NCBI RefSeq assembly: GCF_902713615.1
Contig: NC_052163.1
Location: 84,431,721-84,495,720, forward strand
Origin: Scyliorhinus canicula
Lineage: Eukaryota
Length of the DNA stretch: 64,000 bases
Direction of reading: 5' to 3'
This document shows positions 36,900 to 48,961 of this stretch, piece by piece (the stretch's first letter is position 1; each line of letters begins with the position of its first letter). The position numbers were made by a program, and so were the translations under genes. The notes below the pieces were generated by a model that saw nothing but the letters and a program-made list of their open reading frames with translations, did no database searches and was not told the DNA's origin.

Positions 36900-37730
36900 A
36901 AGTTAAAATCTCAGGTGATCACTCACTAACAAGTATGAGTGTCCACCAAATAAACTCTGGATCACTGGTCATGTGTTCTGTGGGTCCTTTAGTGACTGAT
37001 GAGCCCAGTCCTCGAGCCACACCTCTGACCGAACACGTGGCAGGTGTTTCCAGCAGGTGGGGGTGGACCTTGGATTCAAGATCCCGGCCATTCCTTTCTC
37101 AGCCTCCTTTCCTCTTGCAGTCAGATGTCCTCTAAGAATTGAGTCCCTTCAATCAGGAGGTTCCCCCTAGTAGGTCTGAGCAAGGGTCTCCCAGGCATTG
37201 ACGCCTATATTGCATTTCTATAGTTAAGCCGTCAGGGTGTCTATGAAATGTTTCCTTTGTCCTTTTCTTGTTCCGAAGTCTTCCTTGAATTGGGAGAAGA
37301 GGATTTGTTTTGGCAGTCAAGACTCTGGCATCCTAAACACATGGCCGGCCTAGCGGACTTAGTTTCAGATGATCATGTCCTTGGTGCAGGTGCTCTTGGC
37401 TCCTTCAGGGACACTGATGTTAGTGCACCTGTCCTTAGCTGACATGGAAAACCTATCTCAGACATCATTGATGGTACCTCTCCAGGGTCTTGAGATGAGG
37501 TCTGTATATAGTCCAAGTTCCTGAGCCATATAGAAGAGCTGGGAGGATGACTGCCTTGTACATGAGGACATTGGCAGCAACACAGATGTTGCACTCACGG
37601 AAAACTCATCCTTAGGCATCTGAAGGTGGTGCTCACAGTTTGAATATGATGTTGAATCTCCATATCGATGTTAGGAGCGTCCACGGCTGGACAAAGAAGT
37701 GTTGGTGTGAGCTCCAGGGCCTCTGGTGAA
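36900..37730 (-). mobile_element. Decayed RTE-clade LINE 3' fragment
   Basis: Minus-strand translation shows AVILPALLYGSGTWTIYRPHLKTLERYHQ and RWAGHVFRMPESRLPKQIL-like segments typical of RTE ORF2 C-termini. Confidence 0.75.
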
Positions 37731-37862
37731 TGCCCAACAAAGAAACAAACTGAAATCAGGAACAAAGCAGGATAAAAATGATTTCTTGAGGTGTGTCTTT
37801 GTTAATTTTTTTTTGTTGCATTTGTTGCACTTATTAATTTTATTAAAGCATTGGGATTTTAA

Positions 37863-38216
<354 letters not shown>

Positions 38217-40069
38217 TGACCACATGGGGAATCAGAATCTTGAGCATAGAATACAATCATTTGGCTCAATGCAACCGTGCCAAATTGTGAAAGTCCCATT
38301 CACTTAGTTCCAAGACTTGTCATCACCTAACCTTTTATATATTTATTTTGCAAGTAATTATTCACTTCCCTTTTAAAAATCTTTTCCATTCCATTTCCAC
38401 CACTGTTGCTGGTTAGATATTCTATCTCCCAACCATTCTCCACATAATAAAAATTCACCTATCCTCTCCTTTCATTCCTTAAATGATTTAAAATTCATTC
38501 ACTCTAGTTACTATCTCCCGCATTTAGGAATAATTTGATCCAAATCACCTGAACAAAAGTTCCCAAATTTCAACGCCGGTATTATGTCTCTTAACCCAGG
38601 TTTGTCCAACAGACGCATTAGGGCCAGAATCCGGCCCACTAACGCTTTCTACGCAGCCTGCCAACCATTGTTTCTAATACACATAAGATCAAGTAAGTGG
38701 AAGTGACCGATTCTGTGAAGAGCTGCTCCTCCAATCATGGGCTAGTTCTCTTCCACATTTGCTGGTGGTGAGCGGCAAACATAGGAGAGAAGCAGTCTCT
38801 GATTGGAAGAGCATCAAGCAATGGGAAAGTTTGTATCAGCATTCTGCCTCAGGCCTGAGAATTGGTACAGTATCAGGACAGGAGAGGTAGTGAGGAAATT
38901 ACTTCAGGGGAGAAGGCAACAAGGATGCGGCTCCCAGGAGGAAGAGGCAGTGAAGGAGCAGCGAAAGGGGAGGGAGAGACAGTGGGAGGGATGGGAATAG
39001 GAGTGACCCAGTGAGCAACCAGATATGGGATGGGGGGGAAGAGGTGATGAGGGAGTGGTTACAAGGTGAAGGAGAGAAGGTGAGGGAGGAGTATTGAGAA
39101 AGGCAGTGAGAAAGATGGTGGGAGAGGGGTAACGGGAGGGTGAGGGAGTGGCTAGGGGAGGGAGAGGCAGTGTGGGAACACCTGCAGGAGGGTGACAGAT
39201 GTTGATTGAGTGGATACAGGGTGGGATGAGGCAATGAGGGAGTGACTTCAGGGGGAGCAAGAGGAGACAAGGGAACAGCTTCAGTGAGGGGATAGTGATG
39301 TCACTGGACGAGTATCTGGAAGCCTAGGCTAATTCTTTGGGGACACAAATTGAAATCCCACTATGGTGTCAGGAAAATTCAAAAAGTTGTAATATTTTAC
39401 TGTTCGTAATACTGATAAACTCTTGGCGTTTGTGAGTATTAAAGCCAGGGACAGACCATCTCTGTGAATTTTACCTGTGGGTTTGATATGGTAATGAGCC
39501 TAGCAATACTTTAAGCAAATGTTTTCCTAAGGTAATATAATAAGGATCGTTTCAGTGCAGGAATAGATTTGGGTGGGTGGTGGTGATTCAAAGGAGAAGA
39601 TTTGAAAATGTGAAAGAAGGGTGTCACAGATAAAGTGTGGATAGAGTGAGTTTACTTCTCTTTTAAAATCTAAAATCTAAAGTAAAGAGATTATGTTAAT
39701 CAATTCTGAGAGAGAACAATTCTAAAGCAACTGGGTGAAACAATAGAGAGATCAAAGGGAAAGAACATATTTAAGGTGATACTGAAACCAATGAACGGAG
39801 CTGTTTTAGATCTCAGCAGACAGCAGGAATTGCTGGGCAAGGTCCCAGCAAGTAATGCGGATGGAGCTAGATCTGAAAAGCCGACTGCTGTTAAGCTCAG
39901 AAGGCACCCAAACAAAATTTAAAGACACTGGATGGTAAAAGTTACCAAACTCTTATAGATCTTAAAATCTATAAAGTGTTATTAGCTCTGAAGATCGTTA
40001 AATTTAGATTATTTGGAACTGTGTTAAAGTATTGGTACTGTGTGAAGCCATTGTCTTCTACTTTATTTT

Positions 40070-40600
40070 GTTATTCACACTTGGAATATTGTGTCCAGTT
40101 CTGGTCGCCTCATTATAGGAAGGATGTGGCTGCTTTGGAAAGGGTACAGAGGAGATTTGCCAGGATGCTGACTGGACTGGAGCGCATGTCTTATGAAGAA
40201 AGGTTGAGGGAGCTAGGGCTTTTCTCACTAGAGCAAAGAAGGCAGAGAGGTGACTTGATAGAGGTGTACAATGTGATGAGAGGCATGGATAGAGTGGATA
40301 GCCAGACATTTCCCCAGGGTGGAAATGGCTATCATGAGGGGACATAATTTTAAGGTGATTGGAGGAAGGTATAGGGGAGATGTCAGAGGTAGGTTCTTTA
40401 AACAGCGAGTGGTGGATGTGTGGAATGCACTGCCAGCAGAGGTGGTGGAGTCAGAGTCATTAGGGACATTTAAGCGACTCACAGACAGGCACATGGACAG
40501 CAGTAAATTGAAGGGGTGTAGATTAGGTTGATCTTGGATTGGGATATATGGTCGGCACAACATCGTGGGCTGAAGGGACTGTACTGTGCTGTACCGTTTT
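40070..40600 (+). mobile_element. CR1 3' fragment
   Basis: HLEYCVQFWSPHYRKDVAALERVQRRF..RGDLIEVY..RGHNFKV..FFKQRVV..WNALP, followed by a CR1 3' UTR. Confidence 0.9.
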
Positions 40601-40617
40601 ATGGTTTTTTTTCTTAT

Positions 40618-41230
40618 TATTATGGGCCAGGGTTGAGAGAACCCCAAAGTGTATCATGGAGTTCACCTGACCCACAGCTTTTAATAGATTGTGGTTATGG
40701 GGAGCTCACGGGCCTACTTTACAGGTGTGATGCAACAGAGAGCTAAAGTACTTTTAAATTAAAACAATGTTTATTTATGAATCCAGTTAACACTTTATAA
40801 ACCCACAGTAAACATCTTAACAACTATCAACACCAATAAATCCCCCAAAGAATACAGTACTCTATAAGTAACTCCTAATCTTTCCTTGCAAAATCCATAA
40901 GACAAAAAAAACCTTTTTACAGAAATACATGAGGTTTAACTTCACTACAGAAACAGGTATTATTTTTAAATCACCAAAGGATCTGGAGACAGTCTTTAGA
41001 TTGCAGAGAGAAAGACTAATACACTGTCTTGCTGTGACTGCAGCTATTCAGCTCTCAAAACAAAACTAAACCACACCCTGTAGCAGACAGCCCAAAGCGA
41101 AAGTGAAAGCAGACAGACAGCCCAGCTCCATCCATACACTGACATCACTGATAAACACCCATTTCTTAAAGGTACATCCACTACAGCTAGTTTATAAACA
41201 CCCATTTCTTAAAGGTACTCTCACATGACA
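40618..41230 (-). mobile_element. Solo LTR with 4-bp TSD
   Basis: Minus strand starts TGTCATGTGAGAG and ends GGCCCATAATA; flanked by TTAT (40614-40617) and TTAT (41231-41234). Confidence 0.7.
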
Positions 41231-42429
41231 TTATTTTTAAATAAACATTTACTTAAATAAACATTTACTTTACTATGAAATCATCACAAGCAGTCGGGAA
41301 CATCGCTTCTGAATTTCAAAACCTATCCTCATACCACACAAATTGCAAACACAAACATGAGGGCAGTTGTTTCAAGTTTCCATTCTGGAATTTGAACAGC
41401 TCAGCATTAGGGAATTAGAGAATCCCATCTTAAAAAGTAGGCAGTTAATAAAGAGACACCAGAAGGTGGAGAATATCACAGTAGGTGATGATGCCTACTA
41501 TCGTTCAACAGCCAATGGAAGAGGAATTTACAGAAGTATATAGTTAGAGCACCCTGATCTTTTCCCTGACTGTGATAACAAGAGTACAGATGGATAAATT
41601 GAGACAGGAGGAGGAGTCTGGAAGACAAGGCAAAGAGACTGAAGCACAATTCGCTGATATGATTTTTGAAAGGATTGTGCCGGAAGAGAGACTTGAGGAG
41701 AATGAAGTAGAAGTGTTTAACTCAGAGAAATGAATAGAATTATAGCAGAAAGATCTGAAGATAAAGCAAATATATTAAACAGCTTACTTAAGAACAGAGG
41801 CACAGTGTATTCCAGAATGTTATTATCTTGAAATAATGTATTAATGAGGAAGTGGAGACCTTCTCAGATGCAAGCGGATGAGAAGTGGGCGAGAAATATA
41901 TCCGTAGTAGTCCCATCTGGATACAGGAAGAAAATCCTGGAGCAGCTGAAGAAGTTTCATTAGGGGGGTATTTAGGAATAAAGGAAATTCAGGCTAATAT
42001 ACAGAAGCAGTTTTACTACCTGGACTGCATAAAGTTGTAGTCAGGTTTTTGTTGGATATTTACACATGTCAGGTGATAGCAATACCTCAAGCAGTAATAG
42101 AACCTGTGCTGTTAATTCCTATTCTAGTATTTGAGGAACTTTTTAACTAGGGCCCTAATTGATTGTGTAGTACCCATTCCTAAGACAAAAAGTGGAAATC
42201 AGTAGTTGCTGACAATTATGGATGTATCCATTACATTTCCAGAAGCCATACCATTTAGAAATATTTCAATAAAAAGGATTGTAGTGGAATTGACCAAATT
42301 CTTTACCAGATATAGTTTACCAAAAGAAATATAGTTGGATCAGTGTTAGAATTTCATGTCACAGTTGTGTGGGGAAATTATGAAGACGTTAGGGGTAAAG
42401 CTGTTTAAATCATCAGAAGGGACATTAGA

Positions 42430-42590
42430 GCACAGGGCTAAGTAGCTCTTGCAATGCAGAGCAATGCCAGCAGCGTGGGTTCAATTCCTGTACCGGCCTC
42501 CCCGAACAGGCGCCGGAATGTGGCGACTAGGGGCTTTTCACAGTAACTTCATTGAAGTTTACTTGTGACAATAAGCGATTATTATCATTA
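42430..42590 (+). mobile_element. Short tRNA-derived SINE sharing the HE1-type 3' tail
   Basis: GGGTTCAATTCC B-box directly joined to CCGAACAGGCGCCGGAATGTGGCGACTAGGG...GACAATAAGCGATTATTAT. Confidence 0.75.
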
Positions 42591-43170
42591 TCAGACTCTA
42601 AAGACTATGATGCGGGCATATAGCCAGAATTACCCATGAGACTGGAGTAGAGGAATTCCATTCATATTATTCACGATTAGAGATGCCATTAATGACTCAA
42701 TGAAGTTTAATCCTTTTCAATTGGTATATGGTCATAAGGTAAGAGGACCACTGAAACTAATGCAGGAGAAGTTAGTGAGTAAGAATTCAGAAACCACATC
42801 TTGGACTATGTCTCAACGTTCAGGGAAAGATTAAATAGATCATGTGAATTAGAGCGGGAGATTTTACAAAATATCACAGCAGATGATGAAGACAGAAGCA
42901 GATAGGAAAGCAAAGACTCATAGCTGGGGAGGAAGTGTTAGTTTAGTTACAGGAAAAGCGAGCACTTTTCCAGGAGACACATCCGGAGTGAGACTCAAAC
43001 AGAGTGAGAGATTTAAACTTGGTAATTTGGTGCAGTGAGGTAATTCGGTGCAGAGTGTGAGGAGGTGCTTTTTAACCCTGGTAAGTAGTCTCTCTTTTTC
43101 TTTTCATTGTCTAATTTATTTATTTTTATTTTGAAATTGTAGTTGTTTAAGTTTACCAAGGGTTTAAGAC

Positions 43171-44118
43171 ATGGCAGGAGATCCCAGACCCGTGTCATGC
43201 TCCTCGTGTGCGATGTGGGAGCTCAGGGACACGTCCACTGTCCCTGGCTCCTTCACGTGCAAGAAGTGTGTTCAGTTGCAGCTCTTGTTAGACCGCTTGA
43301 CGGCTCTGGAGCTGCGGATGGACTCACTTTGGAGCATCCGCGATGCTGAGGAGGTCGTGGATAGCACGTTTAGCGAGTTGGTCACACCGCAAGTGTAGGT
43401 TACTGAGGGAGATAGAAAATGGGTGACCAAAAGAAAGAGCAAGAGTAGGAAGGCAGTGCAGGTGTCCCCTGCGGTCATCTCCCTGCAAAACAGATATACC
43501 GCTTTGGATACTGTTGAGGGAGATGGCTCACCAGGGGAAGGCAGCAGCAGCCAGGTTCATGGCACCATGGCTGGCTCTGCTGCACAGCAGGGCAGGAAGA
43601 AAAATGGCAGGGCTATAGTGATAGGGGACTCGATCGTAAGGGGAATAGACAGGCGGTTCTGTGGACTCAATCGAGACTCCAGGATGGTATGTTGCCTCCC
43701 TGGTGCAAGGGTCAAGGATGTCTCGGAGCGGCTGCAGGACATTCTGGGGGGGGAGGGTGAACAGCCAGCTGTCATGGTGCACATAGGCACCAACGATATA
43801 GGTACAAAACGGGATGAGGTCCTACAAGCGGAATTCAGGGAGTTAGGAGTTAAACTAAAAAGTAGGACCTCAAAGGTAGTAATCTCAGGATTGCTACCAG
43901 TGCCACGAGCTAGTCAGAGTAGGAATGTCAGGATAGATAGGATGAATGCGTGGCTCGAGAGATGGTGCAAGAGGGAGGGATTCAAATTCCTGGGGCATTG
44001 GGACCGGTTCTGGGGGAGGTGGGACCAGTACAAACCGGACGGTCTGCACTTGGGCAGGACTGGAACCGATGTCCTAGGGGGGGTGTTTGCTAGAGCTGTT
44101 GGGGAGGGTTTAAACTAA
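43171..44118 (+). pseudogene. CR1 ORF1 (zinc finger/leucine zipper + SGNH esterase)
   Basis: MAGDPRPVSCSSCAMWEL..CKKCVQLQLL; IGDSIVRG..CCLPGARV..HIGTND..DGLHL; single premature stop. Confidence 0.93.
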
Positions 44119-47100
44119 TGTGGCAGGGGGATGGGAACCAATGCTGGAAGTTGGAAGGTAGTAAAACAGGGACAGAAACAAAAGGAAGTAAGGGGAAAAG
44201 TGCAAGGCAGAGAAGACATAGTCAGAAATCCATAAGGGCGACAGTACAAGGTACAGTGACTGAGGGGAGCACAGTGAATAGGCCCAGTAATAACAAAAGG
44301 AATAAAACTGGAGATGTTAAAATTCAAAACAGAGGTAAAAAAAACAACATAAGTGTACTTTACCTGAATGCTCGTAGTATTCGGAATAAAGTAAATGAGT
44401 TGGTGGCACAAATCATCGTAAATGACTATGATTTAGTGGCCATTACTGAAACATGGTTAAAGGATGGTCACGACTGGGAGTTAAATATCCGAGGGTATCA
44501 AACTATTCGGAAGGACAGAGTGGATGGTAAGGGAGGTGGTGTTGCTCTGTTATTTAAGGATGACATCCGGGCAATAGTAAGGGATGACATCGGTGCTATG
44601 GAGGATAAGGTTGAATCCATTTGGGTGGAAATCAGGAATAGTAAGGCGAAAAAGTCACTGATAGGAGTAGTCTATCGGCCACCAAATAGTAACGATATGG
44701 TGGGGCAGGCAATAAACAAAGAAATAACTGATGCATGTAGAAATGGTACAGCAGTTATCATGGGGGATTTTAATCTACATGTCGATTGGTTTAACCAGGT
44801 CGGTCAAGGGAACCATGAGGAGGAGTTTATAGAATGTATCCGCGATAGTTTCCTAGAACAGTATGTAATGGAACCTACGAGGGAACAAGCGGTCCTAGAT
44901 CTTGTCCTGTGTAATGAGACAGGATTGATTCATGATCTCATAGTTAGGGATCCTCTCGGAAGGAGCGATCACAATATGGTGGAATTTAAAATACAGATGG
45001 AGGGTGAAAAAGTAAAATCAAATACTAGTGTTTTGTGTTTAAACAAAGGAGATTACAAGGGGATGAGAGAAGAACTAGCTAAGGTAGACTGGGAGCTAAG
45101 ACTTTATGGTGGAACAGTTGAGGAACAGTGGAGAACCTTCCAAGCGATTTTTCACAGTGCTCAGCAAAGGTTTATACCAACAAAAAGGAAGGACGGAAGA
45201 AAGAGGGAAAATCGACCGTGGATATCTAAGGAAATAAGGGAGAGTATCAAATTGAAGGAAAAAGCATATAAAGTGGCAAAGAGTGCTGGGAGATTAGAGG
45301 ACTGGGAAATCTTTAGGGGGCAACAGAAATCTACTAAAAAAGCTATAAAGAAGAGTAAGATAGAGTATGAGAGTAAACTTGCTCAGAATATAAAACAGAC
45401 AGTAAAAGTTTTTACAAATATATAAGACAAAAAAGAGTGGCTAAGGTAAATATTGGTCCTTTAGAGGATGAGAAGGGAGTTTTAATAATGGGAAATGAGG
45501 AAATGGCTGAGGAACTGAACAGGTTTTTTGGGTCGGTCTTCACAGTGGAAGACACAAATAACATGCCAGCGACTGATAGAAATGAGGCTATGACAGGTGA
45601 GGACCTTGAGAGGATTGTTATCACGAAGGAGGGAGTGATGGGCAAGCTAATGGGGCTAAAGGTAGACAAGTCTCCTGGCCCTGATGGAATGCATCCCAGA
45701 GTGCTAAAAGAGATGGCTAGGGAAATTGCAGATGCACTAGTGATAATTTACCGAAATTCACTAGACTCTGGGGTGGTCCCGGTGGATTGGAAATTAGCAA
45801 ACGTGACGCCACTGTTTAAAAAAGGAGGTAGGCAGAAAGCAGGAAATTATAGGCCAGTGAGTTTAACTTCGGTAATAGGGAAGATGCTGGAATCTATCAT
45901 CAAGGAAGAAATTGCGAGGCATCTGGATAGAAATTGTCCCATTGGGCAGACGCAGCATGGGTTCGTTAAAGGCAGGTCATGCCTAACTAATTTAGTGGAA
46001 TTTTTTGAGGACATTACCAGTGCAGTAGATAACGGGGAGCCGATGGATGTGGTATATCTGGATTTCCAGAAAGCCTTTGACAAGGTGCCACACAAAAGGT
46101 TACTGCATAAGATAAAGATGCATGGCATTAAGGGTAAAGTAGTAGCATGGATAGAGGATTGGTTAATTAATAGAAAGCAAAGAGTTGGGATAAATGGGTG
46201 TTTCTCTGGTTGGCAATCAGTAGCTAGTGGTGTCCCTCAGGGATCCGTGTTGGGCCCACAATTGTTCACAATTTACATAGATGATTTGGAGTTGGGGACC
46301 AAGGGCAATGTGTCCAAGTTTGCAGATGACACTAAGATGAGTGGTAAAGCGAAAAGTGCAGAGGATACTGGAAGTCTGCAGAGGGATTTGGATAGGTTAA
46401 GTGAATGGGCTCGGGTCTGGCAGATGGAATACAATGTTGACAAATGTGAGGTTATCCATTTTGGTAGGAATAACAGCAAACGGGATCATTATTTAAACGA
46501 TAAAATATTAAAGCATGCCGCTGTTCAGAGAGACTTGGGTGTGCTAGTGCATGAGTCACAGAAGGTTGGTTTACAAGTGCAACAGGTGATTAAGAAGGCA
46601 AATGGAATTTTGTCCTTCATTGCTAGAGGGATGGAGTTTAAGACTAGGGAGGTTATGTTGCAATTGTATAAGATGTTAGTGCGGCCACACCTGGAGTATT
46701 GTGTTCAGTTTTGGTCTCCTTACTTGAGAAAGGACGTACTGGCACTGGAGGGTGTGCAGAGGAGATTCACTAGGTTAATCCCAGAGCTGAAGGGGTTGGA
46801 TTATGAGGAGAGGTTGAGTAGACTGGGACTGTACTCGTTGGAATTTAGAAGGATGAGGGGGGATCTTATAGAAACATTTAAAATTATGAAGGGAATAGAT
46901 AGGATAGATGCGGGCAGGTTGTTTCCACTGGCGGGTGACAGCAGAACTAGGGGGCATAGCCTCAAAATAAGGGGAAGTAGATTTAGGACTGAGTTTAGGA
47001 GGAACTTCTTCACCCAAAGGGTTGTGAATCTATGGAATTCCTTGCCCAGTGAAGCAGTTGAGGCTCCTTCATTACATGTTTTTAAGGTAAAGATAGATAG

Positions 47101-47158
47101 TTTTTTGAAGAATAAAGGGATTAAGGGTTATGGTGTTCGGGCCGGAAAATGGAGCTGA
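44118..47158 (+). pseudogene. CR1 ORF2 (APE endonuclease + reverse transcriptase), single frameshift
   Basis: 435-aa ORF (YLNARS, ITETWL, YRPPN, MGDFN, SDH) plus 573-aa ORF ([43 protein letters not shown]). Confidence 0.95.
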
Positions 47159-48123
47159 GTCCACAAAAGTTCAGCCATGATCTAATTGAATGGCGGAGCA
47201 GGCTCGAGGGGCCAGATGGCCTACTCCTGCTCCTAGTTCTTATGTTCTTATGTTCTTATGTTCTTATGTTCTTATGTTCTTATGTATCAGGTAAATTATT
47301 AAAAGCCAGGTTTAGTGGGCCATAACAAATTGAGTGAAGTAAATTATCTGGTAAGATCTCCAAATAGAGATACAACCCAGAGAGTATAGTGCATATATAT
47401 GCTCAAGAAGTACTTTGATAGGGAGGATAAACTAAAGCAAGAAGTATCAGTAGTGATCAATCAGGAAAAGGAGGAAAAGATGAAAGATTCTGAAAGTGAC
47501 CATTCTCAAATTAAATTGGGTAATGCGTAAAATCTGAATGAAATGCTAAATTACCTTCCAGATAAGAATCAAAGTGAATTGAGAGAGCTATGGCAGTTGT
47601 ATATAACTATCCGTGGAATGAATTGGAAAAATGAATGTATCCTTAAATGACAAAGATGTGGGAAATTATATCCCAATCAAGCAACGTCCTTATGGGTTGA
47701 ATCCAATAAAATTACCACATGTGCAAAGAAAATTTAACTTATGCTCAGAAATGACATTATTGAATTGAGTTGTCGTAAGTGAAGTTCATATATTGTGATG
47801 GTACCAAAGCCGGGTGGAACAAAATTACTATGAGTAGGCTATCAAAAGGTGAATGCAGTAACGAAAATTGATTTGTACCCTATTCCACATTTGGAAGACT
47901 GAATTAAGTAAGTTGGACAGACAAAATTCATTACAAAGGTTGACTGGCATTAAAATGTTATTGGCAATACCTCTATCAGAAAGAGTGAAAAAGGTTTCAG
48001 CTTTTGTAATATAGAATGGGTCTCTATCAGTTCAAAGTCATGCCCTTTGTGATGAAAAATGCATTAGCAACTTTCCAGAGATTAACAAATAGGATTACTA
48101 CTGGACTGAGTCACTGTGAAATG

Positions 48124-48303
48124 AAAAATGAAAATAGCTTATTGTCACAAGTAGGCTTCAAATGAAGTTACTGCGAAAAGCCCCTAGTCGCCATATTCCG
48201 GCGCCTGTTCTGGGAGGCTGGTACGGGAATTGAAAGGTGCTGCTGGCCTGCCTTGGTCTGCTTTCAAAGCCAGCAATTTAGCCCAGTGTGCTAAACCAGC
48301 CCC
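48124..48303 (-). mobile_element. Short tRNA-derived SINE
   Basis: TTATTGTCACAAGTAGGCTTC...GGCGCCTGTTC tail joined to a different head (GCCCAGTGTGCTAAACCAGCCCC on the plus strand). Confidence 0.7.
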
Positions 48304-48373
48304 TGTGCTGTGTACATTGATAATTGAGTGGCAGTCAATCCAAGTTGGGAGGAGCGCTCACAGCATCTGAAAG

Positions 48374-48682
48374 GGGTGACACGGTGGCACAGTGGTTAGC
48401 ACTGCAGCCTCACCGCTCCCAGGTTTAATTCAGCCTCGGGTGACTGTCTGCGTGGAGTTTGCACTTTCTTCCCATACCTGCGTGGGCTTTCTCTGGGTGC
48501 TCCGGTTTCCTGCCAAAGAGGTGCAGGTTAGGTGGATTGACCATGATCAATTGCACCTTAGTGTCCAAAAGATTAAGTTAGGTGGGGTTGCTGACCCTAG
48601 GTAGGGCACCCTGCAAAAAAAGGGTTGGCGCAGGCTTGGTGGGCTGAATGGTCTCCTTCTGCACGGTAGTAATTCTATGATT
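48374..48682 (+). mobile_element. HE1 SINE
   Basis: GGGTGACACGGTGGCACAGTGGTTAGCACTG head, V-core, and CTCCTTCTGCACGGTAGTAATTCTATGATTCTA tail. Confidence 0.85.
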
Positions 48683-48961
48683 CTAACTATTTGATCATGT
48701 ACAAGAAGATAATTTGATGGTGAACGTGGTTAAAAGTGTTTGTGCAAAAGGACAAGTCACATATTTAGGCCATATTGTTGGGACGTAGTCAGTTGGCCCT
48801 GCGAGATGCAAAAAATAGGACAATTACAGAATTCCCAGTGCCTTCAACAAAAAGGGAATTTTTATGATTTCTGAGCATGAGTGGATTCTATTGCAAATTT
48901 GTACTGAATTTTAGTAGCATGGTTGTTCCATTAACTGAACTCATGAAAAAAAACAAGAAGT

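Larger units (their letters stand above)
42950..47284 (+). mobile_element. Full-length, young CR1 LINE
   Basis: 5' UTR, ORF1 43171-44118 (one in-frame TAG at 43396-43398), ORF2 44118-47158 (one 1-nt deletion near 45390), and a (TTCTTATG)6 tail at 47237-47284. Confidence 0.97.
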
